This document shows positions 37,263 to 50,669 of a stretch of DNA of 64,000 nt, one piece after another; positions within the stretch are counted from its first letter, which is position 1; every line of letters begins with the position of its first letter. This stretch comes from Lama glama (taxonomy: Eukaryota), in the NCBI GenBank assembly GCA_028534125.1, contig CM052817.1:3846001-3910000 (forward strand), written 5' to 3'. The position numbers and the translations under genes are program-made. The notes under the pieces were generated by a model. The model saw only the letters and a list, made by a program, of their open reading frames with translations. It did no database searches and was not told the origin of the DNA.

Positions 37263-38884
37263 CTCTTCCTCAGCCATCTGTGAAATTCACATAATAAAGG
37301 CACTGACTTCGCGGGGTTCTGGGGAGGATGCAATGGGTTATGGATGCACAGCCATCACCTCGCATGCTGTGACACTGCACTGCAGTGTCTTTTGAGTGTT
37401 TCCTGCACAACCTGACACTGACTGAGCACTTACTGTGGTCTAGGCACTTACCTGTTTTCACTCATTTATGGAAATGCTTTTCATTCATTCGTTAATTCCT
37501 CCAGTGCCTTTATGGGGTAGGTCTCTCTGATCAATTCCACTTTATAGAAAACCAGGCCCAGAGAGATCAGTGAATGAGTTGCCTGTGGAGACAGAATTTG
37601 AACCCAGCCCACCTGATCCTGCAGCCCATACTCTAAATGCCTCAGCTGGTCTACACTCGTGGGGGAGTTTACACAGCTCTCCACAGTGACGTCGGGGCAG
37701 TCACCTCTGGGCTGGAGACTGTGGGGTGCTTTCACTTTCTTTTCCCCCAGACTTTCTCTGTTCCAAATCTCTGTAATTACTTCATCTGTTTGTTTTCACA
37801 ATGAGCAGATCATAATTTTGTAGTCGGAAAGAAACAGGGATGATTTTAGATGATGTTATGTTATCTGTCAAGTGGAAAGGGCTGATCACAAAATTCCAGG
37901 TGCAGCCTGAGCCCACCTGTGTTGAGGAGGGCACAGAAAACATCCGGGGGCTGTTCGCCAACATGTTACCAACGTTAGTCTCTGGGAGGCTTACAGATCA
38001 GGTGAGTATGTGATTTTTCACATAAGTTCGATGTCTTTCTAGCTTTTCCAACTTTGTTTTGACAGCAAACAAGTATCAGCTTTACATTCAGAGAGAAAGT
38101 GATTCTAGAAACCAAAGACAGATGTTCTCAGCTGGGACTCCTGTGTGTTTCTGCTTTGGGCCCAGCCAGGCAGGTGCATTTGGTCTGCTGACAGGCTGGG
38201 GCACTCATGCGGAGGCTGTCAGACCAGGGGCTCCTGCCCTGAGGGACATGCCCAGGGATGCCAGCCTGACACTGTCATTTGTCACCTCACCCACCCCAGG
38301 GACACAGAGCGGACACTCTAGCCCCAGGGCCTCCGGCACAGCACCTAGAGCAGGCCCTGGGCTGTCCTGTCCTGTCCACCCATCCCGGCCACCTTGCCTT
38401 TGCTTACGCACTGCCTCCGCCCCCACCCGATGGTGCATTTCCCAAATTCTCATTATCCTCAGGCATTATCAGTAGGGCCCAGTGGAGCACTAAACAGAGC
38501 TGTGCACAGTTAGAAGAAGGTGTTTGTCCCGGCTGCCGTGCACAAGGGACTCCCACACCAGTCTGGGGTGGTCCCCACCACCGCGCCGTGAGTCAGTGTT
38601 GCCTGCCCTGATCATGGCTCTGTTCGTGGGTTTTGGAACAGGGCCTGGCACACAGCAGGTGCTCAGTACATGCCAAATGTATTGTATTGTCCCAGTCTCG
38701 CTCCAGAATGGAGATACCCGAGGCCCAGAGAGGTTAAGTAACTTGCCTAAGCCCATACAGCCAGCAGGAGGCTGGACCAGGGGAGATCTGTCGGACTCAA
38801 CACCAGTGCTCCTGGTCCCACACTGGCCTTGCTCACTCTGGGTTCTGATTTCCAAGGGGAGTTGGTCCCCGGGGATGAGCAAAG

Positions 38885-39100
38885 AGCTTTCTGTGAAGGA
38901 GCGGGGCAGTACATGGACTCTTGCCCCAGATAGCTAGAGTTTCAATCCCAGTTCTGTCATGTAAGAGCAGTGTGACCTTGAGCAAGCGTCCTCACTGCTC
39001 TGTGCCCCCCTCCAGTTGCCACATCTGTAAAATGGGTACAATAGTATTACTCTCCTTGCACAGCTGCAGTGAGGGTAAGTGAACCAGGCTCAGTACAGAG
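38885..39100 (+). mobile_element. MIR SINE
   Basis: tcaatcccagttctg...tgtgaccttgagcaag...catctgtaaaatggg. Confidence 0.8.
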
Positions 39101-42100
39101 TATGTATGATATTTGCTGATTAAAGGAAATTGATCATCCTAGCAGGTCAGCTGAACTACTGGGCAGAGCAGGGCCATCAGGGCAGAGGCTCTTGGATTTT
39201 GGGCTATGTGATTGCCGCCAGGCTTCCTCCCCACCTTGAAGTGGCCATTGAATCCCTGGACCTGACTGGACATCTCCATAGCTCCCTGTCTTTGCTTGAC
39301 ACACCCTTCAGTCTGGAGACCGATACCCCCATGTGCCCTGATTTAAAGTGACCCCCTCACCTAGGAAAAAGAGGAAGTCGAGACCCCCTGGACAGGGCCG
39401 GGGACCTCTGCTGTAGCCAGGGTGGCCAGAGAGACAGTTAAACCCACAATGACAATACAGAAGGGCCAGGACAGCCAGACAAATTCCATCAGGGGGACCC
39501 CAGAAGCTTCCTGGAGGCGGTGCTATTCCAGCCGGGTTGTGACAGCTGGGTGGGAGTTTGACACAAGGGCCAAGAGGAGAAAGATTTCTCAGGCATGGAA
39601 GGGTGGTATGGGCAAAGGCAGGGAGGGCAGAGGCCGCTGCATCTGACCCCACGGCCACCTCTACCTTGGCAGGACACCCAGGGCTGGCCTGACCCAACCC
39701 TGACAGCAGCTGCCAGGAAAATAGGTCAGAGTGGGATGGACCCTGGCGGCCTTGCACGCGAACCCAGCTGGGACACGCAGCCGGGGCAGAAGAGGGAGGG
39801 TGGGCTGAGCGCAAGTGTGGCTGGGCTGGCCTCCCTGGCCTCCCTGGCCTCCCCGGGGCTGTGGCTCCCGCCCCACCCATGTCCAGGCCACCCAGTGAGT
39901 CTGTAGGCAGTCGTGGCTGGCCAGCTGGCCGAGGGGAGCGAGATGGCTGCCTCCAGGCCCGCAGTGGGTGGGAGCCCCATCCCCGCCCAGCTGTCCCGAC
40001 ACAGCTCCACCCAGGAACCGGGCCCAGCCTGGCGTGGGCTGGCTCGGCCCCTTCCCACCAGGCGGGGCCTGGCCAAGGCATGTGGCTACTCTGAGCCTCA
40101 GTTTCCCCGCAGCTCTGCAGTGAGCTCCCGGGGAGCCAGTGTTGGAGGCAGCGCACGGGAAAGCAGAAGCTCCTTGTGGTTGCTGCTGTAGCTCCTCCTT
40201 CAGTACGCGTGACCCACGGGAGGCTGCTGCGATCCGTGGGAGAAGTCAGACCCAACTGGATTTGACTTCCAGCTCTGCAGCTGGACAGCTGTGGGTCCAG
40301 GCAAATCACTTGTCTGAACCCCGGTTTCCCTGCCTGTGAACTCTGCAGTGGCGGTGGCCGGCCTCCAGGAAAGGCCACGGTCACCCCAGGAGGGCAGGGC
40401 CCAGCTGGGGCAGCTCCAAAATCAGAAGCAGCGTCCTCGTGGACTGAGTCCAGGTCGCTGCCCTGGCCTCCTGACGCCATCCCTGGCCCTGCTGAGCCCT
40501 CCTTCCCCCTGCCCTGCGCCCAGCCAGCCTGAAGGGCTAAGTGTCATAACCCCTCACCCGTGCATGAACCCTCGCTGTTTATAGGGCGTTTCACATAAAA
40601 GACGCTGTCATCATCCCCTTATACAAACAGCACTGTTCAGCCGCTGCTGTGGGCAGGCCCCGTGCTGGGCCTGCGCAGGCCACAGGCCAGGAGAGACAGA
40701 CGGACGCACAGCCGCAGCCAGCATCCTCCACTGAAGCTCAGGCAGGAGGGCTGGAGGTTGGGGAGGGGCCAGACAAGGAGGCGGTCTCTGGCTTGGCCGT
40801 GAGGGACCGGCGGCCTGGGCTTCTGCCCCTCAGACCACTTTGCAAGTTTGCTGTTGGTTCTCAGGGCCCAGCGCAGGCCTGGGGTCGGGAGGGCCCAGCA
40901 AGTGTTCACAGAGTGAATGAGTGAGTGAGTGAAACGGGGTGGAGAGTGCTTGACTGTCTTCATGTCAGACTCAGAATTCTTCTCAGGGAGAAAACTCGGC
41001 CCTGGGAAGTGACTTAGTCGAAACTCTTAGGCTGGTAGTGGAAGCGTCAGGGACTCTGTGGTGACTGAAGGGTGGACAGGCCCCCTGGCTACCAGGCCCT
41101 CTTCTCACTTGGGAGGTGAGTAGGGCTCTCCTCAGTCTAGACGGCCTGAGGGCAGGGAAGGCCCGGCAGCTGGAGTCTTTACTGTGCCCTGTGGCCTCAG
41201 GCCGTCCATTGACCTCTGGGCCTCAGTCTTCCCATCCACGAGATGGGGTGGTGACCGCAGTGTGCCCAGGGCATGCACAGGGCTGCGCAGGGCGGGGGGT
41301 GAGCAGACAACACGGCCATGCCTGGGTAGGTGTGGGTCTGGGCACCCCGCTCTCTAAGCCCTCATGCTTGCTGGGCAGGCCCCCGCGGGGAGTCCAGACC
41401 AGGCAGCTCCCTTTTCGTTCACGCTCCTGGGCACCCTGGTGCCAGACATGCTGGCTGCTGGCACCCCCTTTAATTGTCATGTCTGCACTGGTACAGCTTG
41501 TCCACCTGAATGCACTCATTTAGGCCCCATAAAACGGGTGACAATGAGCCGTGTCAGACAGGAGGAGAGACAGCTTCACAGAGGCCTCCGGACTCAACAG
41601 ACTAAGCAGGCACCGGGAGGGAAGGCTGGGCTCCTGGGGGAAGCTGGGCGGTGCCCGCCAGAAAGCCTGGCAGGGCCTGGGCCAGCCCTTCCTCACAGGG
41701 GAGCTGGGTCAGAAAGACAGAGATAGAGAGACAGGGAGACAGAGGGAGAGACGGGTAGAGGGAGGCCCACAGACAGGGTCAGAGACTGAACAAGAGAGAA
41801 GGGGCGCCCAGGACGGGGTGGGAGAGAGGCGGTAAGAGGAGGAGGGAGGGAGGGGAAGTCTTGTGAGAGGCAGCCTGGAGAGAGCAGGTCTGGCCCCCTG
41901 GGCCGGGCCGCCCTGCAGAGCACACAGAGTCTTGGGCCGGAGGTCCCCTATTGCCTACCAGCAGTCCTCTCCCTCGTCCCAGCAGTGGCCAACTCATCCG
42001 CTCTCTCTCACTGCCCAGCAAACACACACGTGCCCACCGACACCCCTTCATGCATACGCAGCTCTCAAACACACACACATACTCACCACCACTGACCGAC

Positions 42101-42914
42101 GCTCAGGCTCAGCCACATGCACACATGGTTGGCTCCCCAGGGGCTCCTGGTCTGCCCTGGAGGTGAGAGTAGACCAGGCACGCAGGCCCATGCCTGGACC
42201 CTGTGCGCCGAGGCTGCCGGTGCCCCGGGTCCACATACACCCCTGCAGCACCCGGCGGGGTCCTGGAACCTCCTAGAACTTCGGCAGGGTGGGCTTTCCC
42301 CTGCTTCAGAGCCGATTCTGCCTGCCCCACATTGACTACACAACTCAGAGGGCAGCTGGGGCCCCGCCCCTCACAGATCATGTACCAAAGATTTCTGTGG
42401 TGGGCAATTCGGCTGCTCCCCGCGTTGGTCCTGGTGTGACACTCGGCTTCTGGTTCACGGTGAACACCAAAATCCAATCCCAACAACATGGTGGACAGAG
42501 CAGGGCTCAGGGGAGCGGGGGAGGGGCAGACAAAAGGGGCTTCCTAGGACAGCAGCACAGACATTGCCCAAGGGGCAGCACCCACCCCCCTTGCCCCCGC
42601 CGAAGGTGTCCAGATGTGGACGGCAGCCTTCCGAGTGGGCAGCAGCCGTGGTCCGTGCTTCGGGCCCCGCCCAAGTCCAGGGCAGACCTGAAGGGCTGGG
42701 CTGACCCCGCCCAGCAGCCCTCGACCAGTGACAGCTCAGACAATGGATCTGCAACAGTTACAAAACCCACGGAGCAGCGGAGCGGAACAAGCTCAGGGCT
42801 CGCATACAGTCCATGGAGCGGGTCCCCACGGCGGGCAACCCCAGGCCGCGAGGGTCACAAATAACTCAAGCTTGTCATTTTAGTCCATTCACAAAGTCTT
42901 TTCTTACATTTACT

Positions 42915-43362
42915 TTTTAAAACTATTTTTTGTTTAGCTAGAATTCATGGAACATGAAATGTGTCATTTTACAGTACAGCATATAATTCAGTGTGTTTTG
43001 GTACATTCACAGTGTTGTGCAACCATCACCTCTATCTGATTCTGGAACATTCTCGTCACCCTCAAGAGAAACTTTGTACCCATCAGCAGTCACGCCCCAC
43101 TCCTCCTGCCCCAGCCCCCGGCAACCACTGGTCTACTTTCTCTTTCTCTCGATTTGCCTGTTTTGGACACTTCAGGTAAATGGAATCATGCACCGCGTGA
43201 CCCTTTGTGTCCAGCTCCTTTCACTCGGCGTCCTGTTTTTGAGGTTCTTCCACCTCATCGTATGGATCAGGGCTTCATTCCTTTTCACGACGGGATACAT
43301 TCCATTGTGTGGTTACGCCACATTTTGTTTACCTGCTCATCTGGCGATGACTATTTGGGCTG
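42915..43362 (-). mobile_element. Old L1M 3' fragment
   Basis: gtacattcacagtgttgtgcaaccatcacc...ggcaaccactggtctactttc...aatggaatcat. Confidence 0.85.
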
Positions 43363-43374
43363 TTTCAAACAAAC

Positions 43375-43655
43375 TTTTTTTTTCATTGAAGTACAGTTGA
43401 TTTACAGCTTTGTGTTCGTTTCTGGTGTGCAGCACAGCGATTCAGTCATACACATAGATATTCCTTTTCATGTTCTTTTTCACTATAGGCCTTTACAAGG
43501 TATTGAATATAGTTCCCTGTGCTCTATAGTAGGACCTTGCTGTTTATCTATTTTATATACATATATTTTATACCTCAGTATCTGCAAATCCTGAACTCCC
43601 AGTTTTTCCCTTCCCACCCCCTCCCATCCCTGGTAACCATAAGTCTGTGACTCTG
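43375..43655 (-). mobile_element. 5'-truncated lineage-specific L1 with TSD
   Basis: PolyT plus attgaagtacagttgattt.... TSD tgtttcaaacaaac (43361-43374) / tgtctcaaacaaac (43656-43669). Confidence 0.9.
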
Positions 43656-44869
43656 TGTCTCAAACAAACGTTTGAAATATGTTGTTCTAGAACAATTCCG
43701 GAAACATCAATATGCTGTTGAAAACTCTCCTGTCTTATTACTGTCCCTGCTCTGAGATTAAGTCCTTCCTGTGTTTAAATGTTTAGTCCTTCCTATGCTT
43801 AAATGTTTTTTCTTTTAGGAAACGATGGTGACTCTAGATGAAAGTCTTAAATGAAATGTCCCTGATGGGGAGAAACAGAGTTCGCAGCCCTAAAAGGACT
43901 CCCAAACCTTGTCTTCTCCCCTGACCCGGAAGCCATGGGGCTGACGAACTGGCAGATCCTGTTCAGCTGTGACATTATTGACAGCAGGGCGCCTTCCTGT
44001 TTCATTAGAGTTGCATGGCCACAGTGTTTTCAGGAATATGCATCTTGGTGGAGAAGGAGATTCCCAGCCCATGGGGAAATAGACATTCCTTGTGCCCACC
44101 TTCCCCACCCTGGGGGCAGCTCTGTGCCCGGCCAGGCTGGGAAGGAGAAGGGTGATTATAGCCACTGAGTCATGGAGATGTGGGGAGGTCAGGCCTGCTG
44201 GGTTCACCTGTGCACCTTGTTCCCTGCCAGGGATTTGCTGACTCAGAATAACAAGAAAGGACAGTTGTCAACTGCCACACTGTGGTTCCCAGATAAGCTT
44301 AGGTCTCAGGCCATCTGGAAATGGGCTTGGGGCAGGGTGGTGGGAAGGTGATAAGAAAGTGGCCCCATTGGATGTATTAACAATTATGTGCACAGAGAGT
44401 TGACTGTAACAGTGATATAATAAAGCAAATCAAAAATTTTGAAAAAGGAAAAGAGAAAAAATTCACCTCTAATCTCACCCAACAGGAGCACACTTTTGCA
44501 TTTTGATGAGCTTTCGATTTTCCTGGGAGAAAAAAAAAGATTAAGAAAAACTTTAAAAAATTATAACAGCTACACAGCCTCCTTGTGATAAAGATGTTAA
44601 AAGAGAAAGAAAGAAAAAGGCGGGGATGAAAAAGGCAAGGCAAATGGCTCCTTATACCGGAATTTAAAGACAACACACCGAACATGTTGGTGTATTCCCT
44701 TCCAGTCTTTTAAAAAAAGCCATTATATTTTTCATAACTATATCATACATAATATTGTAACTGTTTTCCTACACAATTCCATAGTCTTTTCCACCTACAA
44801 TCATGGATTGAATTTTTTTCAAGCTATTAAAAACTTTGAAAACATTTCAATGCCATGCACATTTTAAAC

Positions 44870-45006
44870 ATTTTATTTGTTTATTTACTTATTTATTTTG
44901 ATGGAGGGGGTAATTAGGTTTATTTATTTATTTATTTTTAGAGGATTGAACCCAGGACCTTGTGATGCTAAGCATGTGCTCTGCCACTTGAGCTGTACAC
45001 TCCCCC
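44870..45006 (-). mobile_element. tRNA-Ala-derived SINE
   Basis: Antisense head (ggattgaacccaggacct...gctaagcatg...ccacttgagct) and ggggtaattagg linker with a (TTTA)n tail. Confidence 0.85.
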
Positions 45007-45349
45007 ACCTGTGCATCTTGATAGAGTTTAAACACACTGTATGAGTACTTTTGTATCCTTCCCATCCTTCACGCATAGCGTGGATACAGCCCTCGTGGCT
45101 CACTGCTGTGCGAAAGCGCATCCACCGAGTGCAGAATCATAATTCACTGAGCTGCTCTCCTCCTGATGGGCGGGTCTTTGCTACCACTGATGGCGTCTAT
45201 TTTCATTTTGCATCCTTTCCCTGCATTTCAAAAATATTTCTCAAAGGGTGATTTTAAAACATTTTATTCTGTGTGTTTTTCTGTATTTTCAAGTAGTCTT
45301 TTATAATGCTGTATTACTTTGGTAATCAGGGACAAAATGTCATCTTTTA

Positions 45350-45960
45350 AAACTTTTTTTATAGTAGTAAAACATGTTTGTGTTATGTAACATAAAATTG
45401 ATCATTTTAACCATTTTAAGTGTACGATTCAGGGGCATTAAGTTGTGTACCATCACCATTATCTAGTTCCAGAACTTTTTTTCATCATCCCAAACAAAAA
45501 CTCTGATCTGCTGAGAGTTTCCCATTCCTCCCTGCCCCCCACTCCATGTAGCCTTTATTCTACTTTCTGCCTCCATGAATTTGTCTATTCTAGGAACCGC
45601 ATGTAAGTAGGATCATATTTGTTCTTTTGTGTCTGGCTTATTTCACTTAGCATGACGTTTTCAAGGTACATCCATGTTGTAGCATGCGTCAGAAGTCCAC
45701 TCTTTTTTACGGCTGAATAATACTCCATCATATGGACAGACCACGTTTTGTTTACCTATTCATTTAATGATGGATAGCTGGGCTGCTTCCATTTTTTTTG
45801 GCTGTTGTGAAAAAATGCTGAACATGGGTGTACAAGTTATTTGTTTGGGTCTTGCTTTCAGCTCTTTTGGATATATACTTAGGAGTAGAATTGCTGAGTC
45901 ATCTTGCAATTCTGTTTCCCTTTCTGAGGAACTGCCAAGCTGTTTTTCACAGCAGCTGCA
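45350..45960 (-). mobile_element. L1MB-type 3' fragment
   Basis: cattttaaccattttaagtgtac...gtctggcttatttcacttagcat...tgaggaactgccaa. Confidence 0.88.
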
Positions 45961-45984
45961 GAACTAAATACCATAAAAAAAAAC

Positions 45985-46330
45985 CACATTTATCTTTAAT
46001 ACTGTTAAGATATCATACTACTCAAAGTGATCTACAGTTTCAGTGCAATTCACATAAAAGATAAACCATTTACAGCAGCCAAGACATGGAAGCAACCTAA
46101 ATGCCCAACAACATTTATTGTAGAAATAGAAAAATCCATCCTAAAATTCATATGGAATCTCAAGGGACCCCAAAGAGTGAAAACAATCTTGAAAAAGAAC
46201 AAAGTTCTTTTGTTCTAACACCTCCTGATTTCAAAACTTGATAGAAAGCTACAGTTATCAAAACAGTGTGGTAATGGCTTAAAGACAGACATGTAGACCG
46301 ATGGAATAGAATCGAGAGCCCAGTAATAGA
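45985..46330 (+). mobile_element. L1 ORF2 fragment
   Basis: atcctaaaattcatatggaa...aatcttgaaaaagaacaaag...aaagctacag...atggaatagaatcgagagcccag. Confidence 0.85.
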
Positions 46331-46539
46331 CCCTTTATTTGGCAGGGCCCTGGCTCCCTGGGAAGTCACCACCTGGAGAGCAGGGAGACCAGAAGGGGGC
46401 CCTCAGTCCCCAAAGTCCAGGCACTGAAGGTGAGAGAGACAAGGAGTCCTTTCTGAAGTCCCTTCCGGTCACTCACACTTCAGGTTTAAGCTGAGAGGAA
46501 GGCTGGTTTCTTGTGTTTGATGTCAAGAAAGTAACAGGT

Positions 46540-47413
46540 TAGTTTGGTGCAGCTGTTATGGAAAACAGTAGGGAGATGCCTTAAAAAACTAAAAATAGAC
46601 TTACTATCATAAGATCCAAAAGTCCCACTTTCTGGAAATACATCTGGAGGAAACTCTAATTCAAAAAGACACCTGCACCCCAATGTTCATAGCAGCACTG
46701 TTCACAATAGCCAAGACATGGAAGCACCTAAATGTCCATAAACAGATGACTGGATAAAGAAGATGTGGTGTATATATACAATGGAATACTACTCAGCCAT
46801 AAAAAAGAAGGAAATAATGCCATTTGCAGCAACATGGATGGATCTGAGATTGTCATAATAAGTGAAGTAAGTCAGATAGAGAAAGACAAATATCATATAA
46901 TATCACTTATATGTGGAATATTAAAAAAGGACACAAGGCAGGAGGGTATAGTTCAGGGGTAGAGTGCCCACTTAGCATTCACAAGGTCCTGAGTTCAATC
47001 CCCTGTACCTACATTAAAATAAATACACCTAATTACCCCCCTCAAAAATAAACAAAAATAATTTTAAAAAATAGAAGAAAAACGACCTAATAAAAAAGAC
47101 ACAAATTAACTAATTTACAAAACAGAAACAGACTCACAGTCATAGAAAACAAACTTAGGGTTGCAAGTGGGGAAGGGGATGGGGAGGGATAAATTGGGAG
47201 CTTGGAATTTGCAGATACACACTACTATACATAAAATAGATAAACAACAAGATCCTACTGTACAGCACAGGGAACTGTATTCAATAACTTGTAATAACCT
47301 GTAATGAAAAAGAATAAGAAAAGGAACATATATCTGTACAACTGAATCACTGTGCTGCAAACTAGAAATTAACACAATGTTATAAACCGGCTAGGCTTCA
47401 ATTAAAAAAACCC
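46540..47413 (+). mobile_element. 5'-truncated lineage-specific L1 (ORF2 end and 3'UTR) with perfect TSD
   Basis: 14-bp TSD agaaagtaacaggt at 46526-46539 and 47414-47427. Confidence 0.93.
46937..47090 (+). mobile_element. tRNA-Ala-derived SINE nested in L1
   Basis: ggagggtatagttcaggggtagag...gttcaatcccc. Duplication aaaaaaggacacaa / aaaaaagacacaa. Confidence 0.88.
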
Positions 47414-48329
47414 AGAAAGTAACAGGTGGTTTTGGAGACGTGGCTTGGGATGGTCGGTCTGAGGAGGGGCCGGGTGGAAGCTACAGCAGCAGCAGCAGGA
47501 GGAGGAAGAGGAGTGATGAGACTAAGAGTAACAACACTGACCCTGAGCGACCGGCGAAGGCCCCAATTCTCATCGCTGTCTCTTGAGTCCCCACCCCCAG
47601 CCTTCCACAGGATCCCCCTCTGCAGAGAGGCCTCCCAAACCGTGTGGCCACATCCACCTCCTCCTCGTGGGTCCTTGGCTAGAATGAGGGGTCCACACGA
47701 GCAGTGCTCTGTCCCTGTTCTTTCTTCAGTGCCTACAGCAGTGCCCGGCACACAGTAGGTGCTCAAGGAATATATACCTGAGGAATGAATGCGTCCTGTA
47801 AAGAAAGTTTACTTTTGACAATGTTTCAGAAAGGTTGTGGAACTTTTCCAAGAGCACACAGCCAGAAAGAGGCAGGGCTGTGATTTGGGCGTCAGAACCT
47901 CAGAGCCCGCTGCCGGGGGAGGTGGTGTTTGCAGGTGCTTCTCTGTGTGGCCTGACAGGACAGCCACACGCATGGGCTCCCAGGAGCGGAGCCTGCGACT
48001 GGCAGATTCTGTGCTGCCCTTGTCCTTGTCCTAGAGGATGACCGTCCCCTTCTCTCTCCTGCTGAGGGTTTACTCCTCCAAGTCCTGGCTTAACAACACC
48101 TCCTCTAGGAAGGCTCCCCTGGGTTGTCCCAATTCTCCTTCCGCCTCTAGACAATTCTTGTACTAGCTCCTACTGATTCACCTGTCACGGCCAATCACAG
48201 GTCCCCGGAAACACTCGGAGCAGGTGCGCCTGGACTTGAATCTGAATCTGCTGGTAGCTGTGGGACCCTGGGCTTATGACTTCACCCCTCTGAGCACGGC
48301 TCTCTCACTCGGACAGGGGGACGCTAACA

Positions 48330-48700
48330 CTGCCCTGCCAAGGCCACCATAGCAAAGGACCACAGACGGGGGCTTAACAGAAACTTACTTTCTTATGATT
48401 TTGGAGGCTGGAAGTCCAAGATCAAGGTAAGGGCAGGGCTGTTCTACAGCCTCTCTCCTTGGCTTGCAGGCGGCCCTCTTCTCCCTCTGTCTCTGTATCA
48501 TCTTCTCTTTGTGTGTTTCTGGCTGCTAGTCTCCTCTGCTTATGAGGACACCAGTCCTACTGGATACGGGCCCACCCTAGTGACCTCATTCTAACTTGAT
48601 CACCTCTTTAAAGACCCTCTTTCCAAATACAGTCACACTCTGACGCACAGCGGGTTAGAACTTCACCATATGCATTTGAGGGGAAGACAGTTCAGCCCTT
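48330..48700 (-). mobile_element. MLT1A-type LTR
   Basis: ggaggctggaagtccaagatcaagg...aggacaccagtc...gggcccaccct...tccaaatacagtcacac. Confidence 0.85.
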
Positions 48701-49384
48701 GGCACTGCTCCTAACCAGACTCTTGAATTCAATGCCTCTGACTAGGGGTTTCCCAGCCTCAGCTTGCACACTTCCAAGGACAGGGAGCTCTGTACCTCCC
48801 AGGGTAATAAATGGTGAATGGTGATGTCTAGCAAGTGGCCACCATCTTTCTGAGCAGCCCCACGTGGAGGTTGCTCCATTTGGCCATGGAGAAAAGGAGA
48901 GGGTCATTCACAGTCTAGGACAATTCCAGGCAGGTCGGTTGCTCCCTGAGCAGTGAGAGAGCTTGCTTGTTTTGGAAGACAAATTCAAAGGCAGTTTCCT
49001 GTCAGTAGAGTGCTCTGTGGTTTGTTATCTGCCTTGTGCAGAAGTGCTTTGGGAACACCCAAACAGCTGGATGCCTTGTTTGCGCTGATAAAGGTCAAGT
49101 CTGCACCCAGAGGAGGTTATAAAAAAGCTGTCTTGGGAGGGGGGATGGTTTTGGGGGTGGCCATTGCAAAACTGAAAATTATTTTCTTCCCCACCCAGAT
49201 GAGTTAGATTGTTCTTGTGACATCGTAGCCAGATGGCAAAAGGATGCCACTAGGGACATTTGAATAAAGTCTTATGTCATTCAGTTTGGCTTTAAAAATC
49301 CATCCTCAGAGCTCAGCAAATGAGGCAATTATTATTTCACACCGATGTCATCCTATTTTTTCGTAAAAATTTTTTCACATTACA

Positions 49385-49671
49385 TTTCTATTTTATTTTT
49401 TGTAATTTCTCCATTTCCTTTCTTATTTTGCTTATTTGTGCTCTCTCTTTCCTTCTTTGTGAGTTTGGCCAGAGGTTTGTCAATTTTATTTACTCTTTCA
49501 GAAAACCAGCTTTTGGTTTGATTGATTTTTTTCTATTTTTTTTCAATCTCTATTTTATTTATTTCCTCCCTGATCTTTATTATTTCCTTCCTTCTGCTGA
49601 CTTTTGGTTTTTTTGCTCTTCTTTTTCTAGTTCTTTTAGCTGGTGGGTTAGATTGTTTATCTGAGATTGTA
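49385..49671 (-). mobile_element. L1 ORF2 internal fragment
   Basis: ggtttgtcaattttatttactctttcagaaaaccagcttttggttt...ctgatctttattatttccttccttctgct, flanked by cacattaca twice. Confidence 0.88.
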
Positions 49672-50541
49672 CACATTACAAACATTTTTTATATCATAAA
49701 GAAGAAAACAAAAATTACCTTTAATTCCATTTCCCAGAAACAATCACTGTTAATATTTTGAAGCATTTCTTGTATTTCTCTGTCTCTCTCACTCTGCCCC
49801 ACCCCTCGTTAAAGAATACAAAAATTTCTTAAAAAAAAAAAGATTGCGTTGTATCTTTTGTACCCACTAGATCTGACCTATAGAGCAGTGAATGAGACAG
49901 ACAAGGGCCCACCCTCTTGTAGCTCAGTCTAGAGAGGGAGACAGAAAATGAATATATAAATGAACTTGCAGGCTGTTTCCAATTTTCTTCTGTTACAAAC
50001 AATACTGCATTGAGCTTTCTTACAGCCAAGTGTCTGAACACACACATGCTGATTGCATTAGGGTAGCTTTCAAAAAGTGGAATTTATGAGACACGGTCCA
50101 TTATTTAAAAAACAGTAATGATCATCTGGATGCATGTTTATGTTAGTAGTATATTGGTGTTATCTGATTAATACTTCCTCTGTCTGCATTAGACAATTTT
50201 CAATTATAGACCCAGAGGTTCTCCGGATTAGAAGAGATTTTGCAACTATTCTGTCTAGGTTAGCCCCCTATTCCTCACCCGATGTAGCTAACATACCCCC
50301 AGGGACAGAGAGCTCATTCCTTCCTCAGGCAATTCATCCCATCTCTGCATGGTTCTGCCCTGGGACATGTTCCCCTGTACTGAAATGAAATTGGTCCTCC
50401 TGGGCTTCCACTGACCCTGGCCTTTGAGACCTTGCAGAGCAAATCCAGGCCTCATCTTTGTATCAGCTCTGCTGAGCCCAAGGCTAGCTCCCTGTCCCCT
50501 CAGAGGGATGGTCTTTGGGTTTTAAAAAAATTAATTTATTT

Positions 50542-50653
50542 GGGGGAGGGTATAGCTCAGTGGTAGAGCTGCTAGTTAGCATGCATGAGGTCCTGGGTTC
50601 CGTCCCCAGTGCATTAACAAATAAATAAAAATAAACATAGTTACCTACCTCAC
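50542..50653 (+). mobile_element. tRNA-Ala-derived SINE inserted in an L1 tail
   Basis: gggggagggtatagctcagtggtagag. TSD aaattaatttattt / aaattaattcattt. Confidence 0.9.
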
Positions 50654-50669
50654 AAATTAATTCATTTAT

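Noticed and set aside
39308..40480. 390-aa minus-strand ORF, the longest in the window
   Set aside because: It runs through MIR- and L2-derived sequence, has no recognisable domain and has GC-driven composition.
46765..46962. ORFs overlapping L1 fragments (also 2344-2526, 46027-46218, 49320-49761, 58670-58897)
   Set aside because: They are frameshifted or antisense readings of dead L1 sequence.
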